64,000 nucleotides of DNA, taken from NCBI GenBank assembly GCA_010015805.1, contig ML978128.1, positions 496,001-560,000 of the forward strand, in the 5' to 3' direction. The stretch comes from Rhizodiscina lignyota (lineage: Eukaryota). The notes under the pieces are model-generated. The model ran no database searches, was not told where the DNA came from, and worked only from the letters and a program-made list of their open reading frames with translations. Positions 12,157-28,469 of the stretch are shown here, one piece after another; the stretch's first letter is position 1, and each line of letters opens with the position of its first letter. Made by a program: the position numbers and the translations under genes.

Positions 12157-14982
12157 ATGGCCGCGCAAATCGAGAATTGGGACGATGAAGAGATCTTCTT
12201 TTCAAAGTCCACCTCCACCGTGCAGACGAGCTTTTCGTCGCGCCAATCGCTGCACTCCGACTCCAATGCCGGCGACGAGCAGTTCGACATTTCCTTTGCG
12301 CTCAACGATGAGAACTCTACCAAAAACGCGATCATGGTCGCGAAGCAGAAAGGTGTCCCGATCCCCGAAAACGTCCCTCCCTCCGCACTTTCTGGCACGG
12401 GCACCATCAAGCGCATAGGCAAGAAGATGACGCGACAAAAGGTCGACGATGATTGGGGCCTGGATATCGACTTGCCCACGCAAGATGCGAGTCCGCTTAA
12501 GCTGAATCCTTCTTACGCGTTGAAGGGTCGGACGGATCCAACAACGCCTGAAAGGGATGAAGATGACTTCGACTTGGACTGGGCTGAAGGCAGCTTGGGA
12601 ACTCGCAATGGCGGCACCAAGAAGGAACGACGCACTCGCAGCTCTTCCACTTCTGCGATGAGCCCAAGTATGGGCAGCTTTACGACTACGGATGGCGAAG
12701 AGGATGGGTTTCTACTTCCCGACGAGCCTCTTGACCTCAGTGCGCGCCTTCAGAAGGTGAAGGCAATCGAGCGCGATGTTCTCCCAATACCGCTTCCACT
12801 ACCTACTTCGGAGCCAGCCGGCAGAATTACTCGCCCACCTCCGAAGACTAGCGACGCCCCGTTTCCACCTACCGAAATCAACGATGCGCTGCTTCCATCT
12901 ATCAAACCCGACGATGCGTCGCTTCCATCTATCAAACCCGACAATGCGTCGCTTCCACCTGTCGAAGCTAATGATGCGCCACTTCCAACAGTCGAGATCA
13001 ACGATGCGCAGCCTGCCGCTGCCGAAACCAACAAGAGCAAACCTCAGTCCAAGATCCTCGTTCCCGATGACGATGATGACATGCTAGGTGGCCTCGATGT
13101 TGGCACGCGACTTATCGACCCTAAGAAACCGAGTTTCAACCGGAACATCAAAATTACTTCCAACAAGATTACCGTGCCTCCTGTTCGTTCGACCACCACC
13201 CTCAGTTTCACGGACAAGCCGACATCAGTGTCCAGAATCCCTCGACCAGCTATCAAGTCAGCCAAGCTGGATCCCGTGTACGAACCAGGAGCCGTGCAGG
13301 TCACCCGCACCGGAGGACGAGCGGCGCCCACGACGACGAGCTCACAGCTATTGCGTGCGAAGCGCTCTGCCCCCGTACTTCGCAGCCAGCCTTCCCTTAC
13401 CTCGAAACCCTCTATACCTTTCCTCCCTGCTGGCGTGTCTGGCTCTCAGTCGCATCATGTCAATTCCAAGGTTCCCCATCTCGGGCTTAGACGCGACTCA
13501 AATCCTGATCGAGGCGCGTCGCCGCCGCCGCCTCGCCCGTTCTCTCGCATGTCTCGCATGGACCGTCTGCTGCCAGAGAGCACGCCGTCTCGCGCAGGTT
13601 TCCGTCGTGATGAGAAGCCATCGGCAATAATCACACATGTCACCAAGCCTTACAAATCCAGAGATTACGGCAATGGAAGTGAGCTCGATATGTTCGACGA
13701 CCTTCCCACGTCTGCTACCAAGGAGAATCAGTTCATCAAGGAGCCAGTGGGTAGTGGCAAGCCTGGACATCGACCCTTGTTGAGGGCACAAACCAGCTTA
13801 TCTCGACTAGCTCTTGACAGGAACCGCACGCAGTCACCCATGCCGCCTTCCACTCCTACGACTGTTGCGTCGACAGCAACTGGCGCAACGACAATACCTC
13901 AAACTCCAAGAGGCTCGGGCATTATCCCAGAGACTCCCCGCTTCGCTCGTGACACTGCCGCTAGTAGGAATGCCAGAGAGCAGCGACTAGGAGGCAACGC
14001 TAGGTCACGTGATGGTCCTCTGTCCCAGGTCCAGATAAACTGGAAGACACAAGTCGCATTACGCAACCCACATCTCAGTCCGACTGCACAGCGAGGCAAG
14101 AACAAGGGCGACAATAAAAAGCCTCAGTTGATCACCTGGAGCAAGGCTGACATCGTAAAGAGTAAGTTATCCTCCCCCATTTTTATTAAGAATCTCTTTA
14201 CTAATCCGCGTCTTTGCTTTGCAGATGAGAAAGGTATGACTTATAACCTCGCACTCAATCGCTGGGAGGGGAACGAGAACGAGTTTGATACCGAATTCAA
14301 CGGCTTCTACCAAACTCCTAACAACCCTTCGACAACCACCCTGCCACTGCGCCCAACTCACACCGCCAATCACTCTCATCACCATCACACGAGTAGCATA
14401 CCGTCTGGCCTGGGCCTCTCACATCCGGAGCACCTGCGCAACCAACCCTCGCTCCCGCAATTGAAGCACCAGCAATCAAATTTGTCGAAGTACCGTCAAG
14501 ATGGGTCGCCGCCACGGAGGCCCGCATTGATTAGCGGCGTAAACACCGCTGTAGGTGTCCAAGTCCAGAAGGGCATGGTTTTCGATCAGCAAGCGATGAA
14601 GTGGATCAAGGTTCCTAAAGGCGCTCAAGTTGGTTTCTCACCTTCAGCACAATCCATCGAGGAGCCAGAAGACGACCCATTTGCTGGCATCGACGATCTC
14701 CCTGACGAGCGCGGCAAGGGACGGGAGTTTAGTGTGACTGGCACTATGAGTGTCGGTGGCGGAGATGACGACGACAGCAGCCTGCGTCTCGACGACCGTG
14801 CTTGGGATGAGGCATTCGATATCGGCGAGGGCTACGTTAGGCGCACCAAGGCCGAGGAGGAGATCTGGCGCAAGCGCACCACAGGCTGGGTTGGCAGCCA
14901 TCGAGACCAGCTTGGTGATGGCTGGCGCTGGCGCATCTTTCACGACGCCAAACTGGCTGCCGCTACCCGTGGGACACTATGA
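12157..14982 (+). CDS. byr4: Cytokinesis regulator Byr4/Bfa1 (SIN/MEN GAP scaffold); intron 14162-14224
   Basis: IENWDDE start; GTIKRIG; DYGNGSELDMFDDLP; two Byr4 repeats (GMTYNLALNRWEGNE; GMVFDQQAMKW); DPFAGIDDL. Confidence 0.85.
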   Translation: MAAQIENWDDEEIFFSKSTSTVQTSFSSRQSLHSDSNAGDEQFDISFALNDENSTKNAIMVAKQKGVPIPENVPPSALSGTGTIKRIGKKMTRQKVDDDWGLDIDLPTQDASPLKLNPSYALKGRTDPTTPERDEDDFDLDWAEGSLGTRNGGTKKERRTRSSSTSAMSPSMGSFTTTDGEEDGFLLPDEPLDLSARLQKVKAIERDVLPIPLPLPTSEPAGRITRPPPKTSDAPFPPTEINDALLPSIKPDDASLPSIKPDNASLPPVEANDAPLPTVEINDAQPAAAETNKSKPQSKILVPDDDDDMLGGLDVGTRLIDPKKPSFNRNIKITSNKITVPPVRSTTTLSFTDKPTSVSRIPRPAIKSAKLDPVYEPGAVQVTRTGGRAAPTTTSSQLLRAKRSAPVLRSQPSLTSKPSIPFLPAGVSGSQSHHVNSKVPHLGLRRDSNPDRGASPPPPRPFSRMSRMDRLLPESTPSRAGFRRDEKPSAIITHVTKPYKSRDYGNGSELDMFDDLPTSATKENQFIKEPVGSGKPGHRPLLRAQTSLSRLALDRNRTQSPMPPSTPTTVASTATGATTIPQTPRGSGIIPETPRFARDTAASRNAREQRLGGNARSRDGPLSQVQINWKTQVALRNPHLSPTAQRGKNKGDNKKPQLITWSKADIVKSKLSSPIFIKNLFTNPRLCFADEKGMTYNLALNRWEGNENEFDTEFNGFYQTPNNPSTTTLPLRPTHTANHSHHHHTSSIPSGLGLSHPEHLRNQPSLPQLKHQQSNLSKYRQDGSPPRRPALISGVNTAVGVQVQKGMVFDQQAMKWIKVPKGAQVGFSPSAQSIEEPEDDPFAGIDDLPDERGKGREFSVTGTMSVGGGDDDDSSLRLDDRAWDEAFDIGEGYVRRTKAEEEIWRKRTTGWVGSHRDQLGDGWRWRIFHDAKLAAATRGTL
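12850..13012 (+). repeat. Coding 30-bp (10-aa) tandem repeat, about 5 copies, inside byr4
   Basis: Units such as GATGCGTCGCTTCCATCTATCAAACCCGAC; peptide SDAPFPPTEI-NDALLPSIKP-DDASLPSIKP-DNASLPPVEA-NDAPLPTVEI. Confidence 0.85.
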
Positions 14983-15937
14983 TTCTTGCGCGAGTTAACG
15001 ACACCAACGACACGATTCTGATTCAAACAAGTGCTCATGCGAGAACCGGAGGTACCGGCGATAAGATTCTGATTCTGAAAGATGCTCATATGCGAAGAGA
15101 AATGCAGCTTTTCTGGAATTTCGCGATCGATCATGGGTTTCTAGCCTGCGCCCGATGACGCGAACTTCGGCACTTGCTGCCACCTGCATCTGCTCTACGG
15201 CTTGCTCCATGCTGCGAGTTCAACGGATCGACACTGCATGTGACTCTTTCGACACTTTCACAATCTCGAAGCTGCTAGCCTGCGCCGGATCTACTCTCGA
15301 CATATCGCGCCTGGGATGAGAAGCCGCTTTGTTACCTCCATGGTAAACACATTGTGGTTGCGGCTCACAATATCTCAGCGCTGCTGGTCCGACATGAACT
15401 GCTAGCCCTCGCGGCCGGGCTCTTCTGGACGCCAACCAGCGGAATACACTTCTAACGACTCTGGTCTCGAATGACCTATCGTATCGTGTTCCTGGCTTTT
15501 CCATGGGGAACATGAATCGCCGTTATGCTTTATAATAAATACCCTGACGAGGTAATGAGGTTTATGATTTTCAACCTAGATCATGCTTTGTAAGATACAA
15601 TAAGAATTCAATACATCATGGATGTCAAAACTGTCGTGGTCATGCTGGTGATAACTTACCGGGAGAGTCATGATACTATGCCGTGAGAACTTCAATCATG
15701 ACCTTATGCCAGTACAGCATGTTCAATTGTGATAATTTTTTGATAGATATTTGCGTCGGTGATGCACAAGCCTTGTGAAGTGAAAGCCGGGCCATTTTGA
15801 CAGAAGCTGAGGAAGGATGCATCATACATTGTTGCTATTTATCAATACATTCGCTATGCTATTGCGTTTACGCTATGAAAAAGGCCGTCAGCAAGCTAAA
15901 ATCCACCTTCCGCCATACATAGTCCCAACTTTCTTGC

Positions 15938-16531
15938 TCACTGCACCGGATTTGGTACCGGATTTGGGTCCGCAGGCGACTGAGCAGGCTCCTGGCCAGC
16001 AGCCTTCATATTGGGTGGCTTCCCTTGAGCAGCATCCGCCAGCCCCACCCCAGTATTCACAACAGTTCCAGTGAGTCCCGAGCCGAGCGAATACACCTTC
16101 ATACTCGGTTAGCATGCCAACCTCACATACATGTCATCGTGCGTGTCCAGACTTACAGTGTTCCCCAAGGTATCGCCAACGCCCTTCACCGTTCCTCCAA
16201 CGGTAGTGAGCACTCCCGTGCCCGCATTCCCCACCGTCTGCAAAGCCGTCTGCTTCTTCCCATCCTCACCCTCACCCTTCTCCTGGTTCTCTTCTGTCAG
16301 GTTCTCCGACGACGTGACGTTCAGCGTCTCGTCGGTGGACTCGGCCTGCTCGGGGGCAGCGGGTCGGGGGACGCCCGCGAGGGCGCGGTGGGCCTGGCCT
16401 TTCGCTTCCTTTGCGTATTCTTCTGCCGCATCCATGCCCTGATATTGCGCGATCCGCTTAGCCTCTTGGAACTCCCTTGTACCGGGCACCAGCTCGAGCT
16501 TGACGAGCTTATTGTCGAGGAGTGCGACCAT
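15938..16531 (-). CDS. Small hydrophilin/LEA-like protein with Gly/Thr/Val amphipathic repeats; intron 16097-16156
   Basis: TVGNAGTGVLTTVGGTVKGVGDTLGNT spliced via GTAAGT..CTAAC..AAG to VYSLGSGLTGTVVNTG...PNPVQ*. Confidence 0.6.
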
Positions 16532-17223
16532 TTTGAGTGATTGGTTGGGACTTGGGACTTCGGAGCTTGCTTTTTGAGTGGATGGACTACGAGGGAGACG
16601 TATAACTTCAGGAGTTGCAGTGACTTGGGAACAGACAGATTACTTCAACTTGGAAATGAAAAGCAGGTTTGACTATAAAAGAAATCATGTATATCAGAAC
16701 GTCATCCTGCAGTAAGGCGGGAAAGGGAACAGATCGCGGTGCGTGCCACTGCCCCGTGCCACAGGCATGACGCAGGGACTCGACGATCGATTGCTCTCCA
16801 AACGAACATCACGCCTCTGGATTGGGCAAACTTTGCCAATCGTCTTACCAGAAATGGGGTGTATCTGAAATCGTGCCGTGTCCATGTCGTGGTTATGGTG
16901 AATGAAGCATTGCCATGGTGTCGTCGATTTTCCATGGATCAATTACGTAAAAGGGGACGAACGCGATGCTAAAGTTCGTGCCTCTTTCCAGCGAGAACGG
17001 CGAGGCACTTTATATGACAAGGTGCTAGAGCTATCCGGCTAAGTAAGACTCGGCGAGCCTCTGGTCTTTTATGGCAGCCAGTTCTCCGAGTTCTACTATG
17101 TGGCCGATGGCGGAGGCCCGTCGTATCAGCCGCTGGCTTATCAGAGCAGAGTCAGATCCGCCGGTGTATAAGGTCTAGTATGTACACGTCTTCGACACTG
17201 TCCATATTTTCTTAAAGATCAGA

Positions 17224-18362
17224 ATGGGCGAGAAGAAGAATGTATTATTGGTCGGCGGTGGCGGAGTTGGTGCGATTGGGGCACTGAATCTGGAGGCTGG
17301 CGGACTGGCAGCTGTGACAGCAGTTCTGAGGTCGAACTATCAGGTCGTCAAAGACGATGGGTTCGAGATTCATTCATGTGACCACGGAGTTCTGAAGGGG
17401 TGGAGGCCAACTCAAGGTAAGCCAAGTATGCTCGTGACACGAATATAATCACTGACAAGGCACAGTCGTATCCAAAGTGCCAAACGTCAAAGAAGAGAAT
17501 CTTCCCGCATTCGACTACATCGTCTGCGCCACGAAGAACATTCCGGATGTTCCACCAACTGTTGTCGACATCATCTCGCCTGCAGTGACGCCGTCCCATA
17601 CGGTCATCGTTCTCATTCAGAATGGTCTCAATATTGAGAAGCCTATATTCGCTGCGTTTCCGCAAAACATCGTGCTCTCGGGAGTCTCCATGATCGGATC
17701 GAACGAAACAAAGCTCGGTTTCATCCAGCATGACGAAGTTGACGAAATCATTATAAGCGCCTTTGAGAACCCGAATTTGGAAACAGCCGTTCAAGTAGCT
17801 GCCGCCGAAGACTTCGTTCGCGCTTACTCTGCTGCAGGGAAGTGCAAGTGCTCTCACGATGCCAACGTCGGGTTCGTGCGGTGGAGGAAGCTCGTATACA
17901 ACGCCTGTACGCTGTCCCATTGCTACTCAATATAATGGCTCCCTTCTAACCGGTACAGGCATCAACCCCGTATCAGCCATAACAGATCTCGACTCTGGCC
18001 GCCTCCAAATTGCAGACGGCGCCGCAGACACATTACTCCGCCCAGCGATGGAGGAGATCCGCGCCGCTGCAAAAGTCTTCGGCCACGATTTGCCTGCCGA
18101 AGTCATCCAGAAGACCATCACCGTCGACCCGGTGGACATGTACCTGCCGCCCAGCATGCTCGGAGACGTGCGCAAAGGGAACTTTATTGAGTTTGAAAAT
18201 CTGCTTGGAGAACCACTGCGAGACGGTACAGCGAAAGGGGTACCAATGCCGACGTTAACGGTGCTGTACAACCTTTGCAAGGCAATACAGTGGCGGAATA
18301 AGCAATTAAAGGGTCTTATAGAGATACCGCCGAAGAAGGATTATACTACCTCTCCACATTGA
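17224..18362 (+). CDS. Ketopantoate reductase (PanE/ApbA) family oxidoreductase; two introns (~17417-17465, ~17906-17958)
   Basis: Rossmann GGGGVG; DYIVCATKN; LIQNG; RWRKLVYNA; PSMLGD...IEFENLLG. Confidence 0.9.
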
Positions 18363-18851
18363 GTCGACTTGGCGGAGAAGTGGCCGAGGAGAGTTAAGCT
18401 ATTCGAAATCTATTGGTGGAATAGAAGAGTCTTCCTCTTCGTAGAGCTAGAGTAATAGATATACACACCAATTAGTCTAGATTTCATTATCGTGAAAACT
18501 TAGGGAGTCGATCTCTCTTTTAGAAGAAGTTGGTATTAGACTCATACAGAGCTACGTGTAGCGTCGTAGCCCAGAGTGTACTGTAACCCGCTAGGGTTCC
18601 AAACCCTAAACTAATGCTAGCGCTGACGGAGATGATACTCGCTAGGGTTCCCAACCCTAAGGAGTAACCGTGTGAAGATATTCGCAAAGAGAGGATAAAT
18701 CTGAGGTACGAAAGGAGATCACGTCGCTCAATGAGACGATGGGGCAGAGCAATGACGCTTCGTGATTCTTGCTTAATCAACTCGGAATGTCGAGGGCGTT
18801 GCACTTCCTGTCGGGGTGCACGCATTTTACTCACTAGCACATACAAAAACC

Positions 18852-19792
18852 TCAAAGCTTATGCTTCTTCTCCCCACTCGCAATCTTTCGGAACTCCTCC
18901 TGTGGCACACCGCTCAGGAAGCGCTCCATCCCGCCAAAGACCTCATGCACGCCCTGCGCATCCATCACCGCCCTCATCGGCCTCCTGATCAGCTCCTTGG
19001 TCTTGACCATGCTGCTGCTGTTCAGATGGTCGCCCAGCCGGTTGTCCACCTCCTTCAGCACCTCCGCCATGAACTTGTCGCTGTAGTCGGCCGCCTTCGG
19101 GTTGCCCACGTCGATGATCTTGTTCACAAAGTTCACGTGCAGCAGCTCCTCCGCGCTGATGCGCTTGCTCATGATCAGCGCCTCGTTGGCCTTGCTGATG
19201 CCCAGGCGCTCGACGAAGGCGACGCTCGCGTTCCCTTCCGACACGAGGCCGAGCGAGGAGAAGGGCGTGAGCAGGAAGGAGTGCGGCGCGGCGTAGATGA
19301 AGTCGGAGTGTGCGATCATGGCGGCGGACAGGCCGACGGCGGGGCCGTTCATCGCGGTGATGAGGATCTTGGGGTGCGTATAGAACGCATGTGTAAGGTG
19401 CAGGTTGTTGGAGACGAAGTTGCGCATGAAGATGCGCCGGGGGTCTTCGCCGGGAGGTGCGTGTCGAGAGGAGGTCACGTCTGCGCCTCTGTATGTTTCT
19501 CTATTAGCATCGTTCAAGGTATGAGAAGTGGCACATGCCCGATATTGTCTACAGCATGCAGGGGACAAGTGAGAGAGTTGGAGACTTACGCGGAGAAATA
19601 TCGACCTTTGCCCGTCAAGATAGTGATATAGATGTCCGGCATCTCAGCAACATCTCTTAGCAGTGCCGCTAATCTGAAATACAGGTCCTGATTCATAGCA
19701 TTGAGCTTGTCGGCACGGTTCATTGTGATAATAGCGATCTTGCCGCGCTTCTCCAGCGTGACAAGACGTTGTGATTCCTCTGATGCCGACAT
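18852..19792 (-). CDS. ECI1: Peroxisomal delta3,delta2-enoyl-CoA isomerase (crotonase fold); intron ~19489-19589
   Basis: KLNAM; LTGKGRYFSAGAD; AMNGPAVGLSAA; PFSSLGLVSEG; C-terminal PTS1-like HKL. Confidence 0.9.
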
Positions 19793-20259
19793 GATGGGTG
19801 GTGAGACGAGAGAATCACTGGATACAACGGAATCGAGTTTGAAGAAAGGAATTGAAATGAAATTGATGGGTTACATGTTTCTGGCAATTCACGGCTTTTC
19901 TGAAGCCGCAATCTGTGGATCCTCTGGATTGTCAGAGCCCAGGTCCTTTGTGGGGTTGCCGAGGTTTACCATACCGCTCTTTGATCAAAGTCACGTGGAA
20001 TTATAAGGAGAGCTGAAATTCTCAGGAGCAATTTTAAAGTAGTGCGGGGGAGAATCTTTAAGTGCATGGGATTGAATTCATATTCATTTCGTCCTAGTGT
20101 ACAACCCATCGAATGGGAGACTTCCGAAGACGCCTTCATCCAACGAAACAGTGCAAAGCAATGAGCAAGTCGCACAAACAACTCCTCCGCCTTCTCATGT
20201 ATTGTAGGTGGTGCTATGGTCATTAATGATGTCAATCATATAACATTCCGAATCAGGTA

Positions 20260-24717
<4,458 letters not shown>

Positions 24718-26275
24718 AGTGACGTGCGGGCAGGCCATTCACCTGCCAGTGCAAGCTGCAGAGGGTGTTTGAGATGGTATTGCGCTGATGCAGAGGATGC
24801 AGTTCGTGGTTGGATGGGGGGAGGTCTCCGAGGCCCGGTCGCAAGGTCGGATGCTCGACAGGCGCGAAAAGAGAGTCAAGAGGGCGTGGAAGATGCTGCG
24901 CACTTCCACAACGCGGCAGAGCGCGTCCTCAGGTTGGGTTTGTGACGCTCAGTAGGCTGTTGTGCGGTGCGTGTAAGTTGCGGAGGTTTTAGGCGGGAGC
25001 GAAGAGAGGAGAAGGCGCTCAGTGTCAAGAGGTTGCAAGCTTGGGCGCTCCACTGCGCTAGACCTAAACGGGCTGCCCCAGAACACAAAGCTCTTTGAGC
25101 CGCAATGCGACGATGCAGGACAGCAGAGCAGCTATCCGCCAATCGCCAGACGTTTGTCGCTCTAGTACGAAGTGGCAATAGAAGGGCCTCTGGTTGTGGT
25201 AGCTTGTCAGAGTCAAGAAGTGCCGGCTTTCGCAGAAGACTGTCCGCTCAAAGCACTGGGCACGATCACTCCACACTCAGCTGATCAAGGAGGCCTTGTT
25301 CCCCGATGATTATCAAGTGCATCAGGCTGCCGAAGCATTGTCTTCAGCACAAAGAATTAAGTATGTGGATTTCTGTTGTTCTGATTCATAAACTGTCTTC
25401 CGCGAAAAGTGTCACATCTATTAAAGCCTCCTCCGTCACTTGTGCAGTATCTTTGAAGCTGTAAGACACTGGTGGACTAAGCATGCATTTGCTGCGCTGG
25501 TGTATTTCTTCCATATTGATTGCACAGTACGCTGAGTGCGCATTCTGTGGTCTGCGGGCTCCATTGCATCGGGCGCACATAACAGCCTAGCTTTATTCAT
25601 CCAGCCTGATCACGCTCTTCAAGCTCTATGGGTTCAGACCGCGATACTTTTCAATCGCGACTCCCCCTCGTCTAGCAATCATCAGCCATTCTGGTGCCGA
25701 CTTTAAGAAACACGACACTGCATGACAACTTTATGTCAGTTAAGCCGGTATCTTCCACGAGGTTGATAAAAAGTTGGCCGTAGCTCTCAAGGTACTGAAC
25801 AGCATTAGCGTAGCCTCTGTGGATAACATAGCGTACAAGGTTTTCAATAGTTTGCTGGAGTTTAGTACACCCCGAAGAACATATAAATGAGCTTTCAAAG
25901 GTAGTCTTCAATACCCTGAGGCATAAGAATAATTAACCCTTAGACGTTCCACCTTGTCTGGCGGCAGAATACTTCTTCACCCGCGAAGCCCCTTCAAAAA
26001 CGAGGTTACATAAGGTCGAGAACTTGTCAATCAGACTGGCGACAACACTCCAAAGAAATATTTCCAGGAGATCCAAGATGATACTGTAGAGTGATGCGCT
26101 TTTTGATTTGTGGACGAATCTGCAGTCTATTGTCTCTAAAAGGTAAGATGGCTGAACCATTAAGAATCGACTTAACAACACAGCTACTATGACTAGAACT
26201 TGCTCGTGAGACGCATTAGACCTAATCTTACATAAAGAGGTGATATACACACGCTCCACCTCGACCGCGCCCAAT

Positions 26276-27370
26276 TTAATCCTGCTCCACGACAGACCAT
26301 TGACCGCAGTATGCGTTACTAATGGTGAATTCAGAGGACGTATCCGCCACGGTAACAATACCTTGGTCTGACTGGTCAACGCCTCCCACAGGAGCCGCGC
26401 ATGTGCTTCTCGAGTCGATGAGACAAGCTGATCCAGACCACGCGAAGAAATCGGCCCCTCCCAAGATCGCGGCTACGCAGCAGTCGTATGCATCTCCCGC
26501 ACTATATTGCAACCAGCCTGTGGTGCCCTCATCGTCTTCGCCATTTACAATCGCCTGGCCGTTGACGGTGCTCGCGAAGTTGTCCGTCGCACAGGCCGCG
26601 TAGCTGCTCGTCGTGCTTGTGTATACCGTAGAGGTACTAGTAGTTACCTGGGTGTCGGTGGGTGTCACGGACGCTGTGATGGTCGACGTAGATGTCACAG
26701 ATACGGTGGTGTCTGCAACGGGAACAGACATGACGAGGATTGTAGAGGTACTGAAAGCGGTGGACGTTTTGGGGCTGGCTGTTTTCGTCACTGTCTTCGT
26801 ATGCGTAGTCGTGGCGCAATTCCCGCAAAAGACTCTGCAAGTCACGTCCCCTCCCCACTTACGAGACAGGATGCCTGCGAGGCCGTGTGCCGGGTTGGGG
26901 CTTGATCGAACCTCCAGTTCACGCCGCTTATTTGCAGCTGCTCCCGGGAGCGTGCTTTGAATCGGCAAGAATCCGCTCGCTGCTGGGATTGTGCTCGTCA
27001 AATCTGTTGTTGTGGTTTCGGTCGAAGTGCTTATGGTTGTGACTGTGTCAAACGTGCTGGAGCTGGTGGTGAGAGTTGTGATGGTGGATGTTGCAGTATC
27101 CATGGACGTGGCGCCGGTAGTTGTCGATGTCGCCGTGCGCAAAACTGTCGTAGTAGACGTAGGTATATGGGTCTTGTACAGGGTCTTAGTTACTGTATTT
27201 TGCACCGGGTTGTGCTCGTGAGCCAGTGAGTCGTAGGGCGGTGTCCTTTCGATGGCAGTGATGAGGTATAGCAATACGTAAAGGAAGGTCTATGTCCTCT
27301 TGCTTCGAGATCTACTGGGTTCGCCGCGGTGAATGTCAAAGAACCTAGCGTAGTAAACAGGGTAAAGCGC
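26276..27370 (-). pseudogene. Secreted Ser/Thr-rich protein with Kex2 site and Cys-rich (Apple/PAN-like) C-terminus; 5' end disrupted
   Basis: A signal-like segment RFTLFTTLGSLTFTAANPVDLEAR lacks an ATG and lies in a different frame from the main Thr-rich ORF (frameshift at an A4 run near 27200); NKRR site; YAACATDN and DCCVA motifs. Confidence 0.6.
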
Positions 27371-28469
27371 TAACAGCGACAGAGGATAAAAGATACATTA
27401 TAAACAGTAATAGAATAAAAGTTTTGAACTTCAGTGAGAACTCAGTCAGGATCTTGGTATTTATACAACAACATCACCAACACTTACGATTCCCCGATAC
27501 AGGGCGATTCGAATGCTGGCTCATCGCAACTCTCCATACTCCTGTTCTACAATATTGTGGCGTTAGAACGAGCGGGAATTTTTTGGGGTTCTGGCCAGAG
27601 ACGGAGCCTCTTTTCTAGCATGGCCACGCTCGTTTCCAAAGCGCGAACGTTGTCCACCATGACGATTCTAGTAAAGCTTCATTCCAGGACGCCTGAACTC
27701 GTCCACCCGAATTGCCGAAACCAGAGAGCACAGAGGTCGCGGTTACAAGTTGATGAAGGAAGCGGTAGGTACAAGCAACGTGGACATGCGAATGCGAACG
27801 CGTGTCGTTTCTCTGCACCATTTCCTTGTTCAATTGCGGCGCTGATTCGGCGCGAGTCAGGTGAGAATAGACTATTCTGTTTTTCAGCCGCTCCCCTGTG
27901 ACTAGAGGAGTGGAGTGGAGATGACCCGGTAAGGCTCAGGTACTCGTAGATGATACACGTATTACCAGGACTATAGAAGAGAGAGGTTAGCAGTTGTATA
28001 GCTCACGATTCCCATTGGCGCAGATGCTCGGCGCAAGGAGTGATAGGTGTAGGTGCCTGAATTCCTGGAGGGACGGGAGAGGCTTAAAACTTTTGGGGCG
28101 CTTATTTAAGTGCAATGGAGGTCGGCCCACCGCCGGGCCAGACTCCGGGAGAGAGTATCTTCAGTACCCGATTTGTACATCCGTACCTTATTTAGTACTA
28201 GTTACCTTGTTCTCTCAACGCATTGAGTCCTGCCAAGTTAAAGAGCTCAAGGCTGAACAGGGATTTACTCCATTCTTACCTTCCAGTTTCGAGGACTGGT
28301 AGAGCTTATTTCAAGACAAGCCTTGACCTAAAGCCTTGCATTATCCTGGCTTCAACTCTTTACTAGTGATATGGACAGTGACACACGCAGAGAAATGTAA
28401 CCCTAGACATCTAGTATCCAAGCGGAACCAACGACTTGCCAGTCTAGATCAACCAGGCCGCTAAAGGCA

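Noticed and set aside
14995..15513. Short minus-strand ORFs downstream of byr4
   Set aside because: No recognisable motifs or consistent splice structure.
25600..26270. Possible ankyrin or other gene relic (IHRGYANAVQYL)
   Set aside because: Only one weak motif; no family can be supported by eye.
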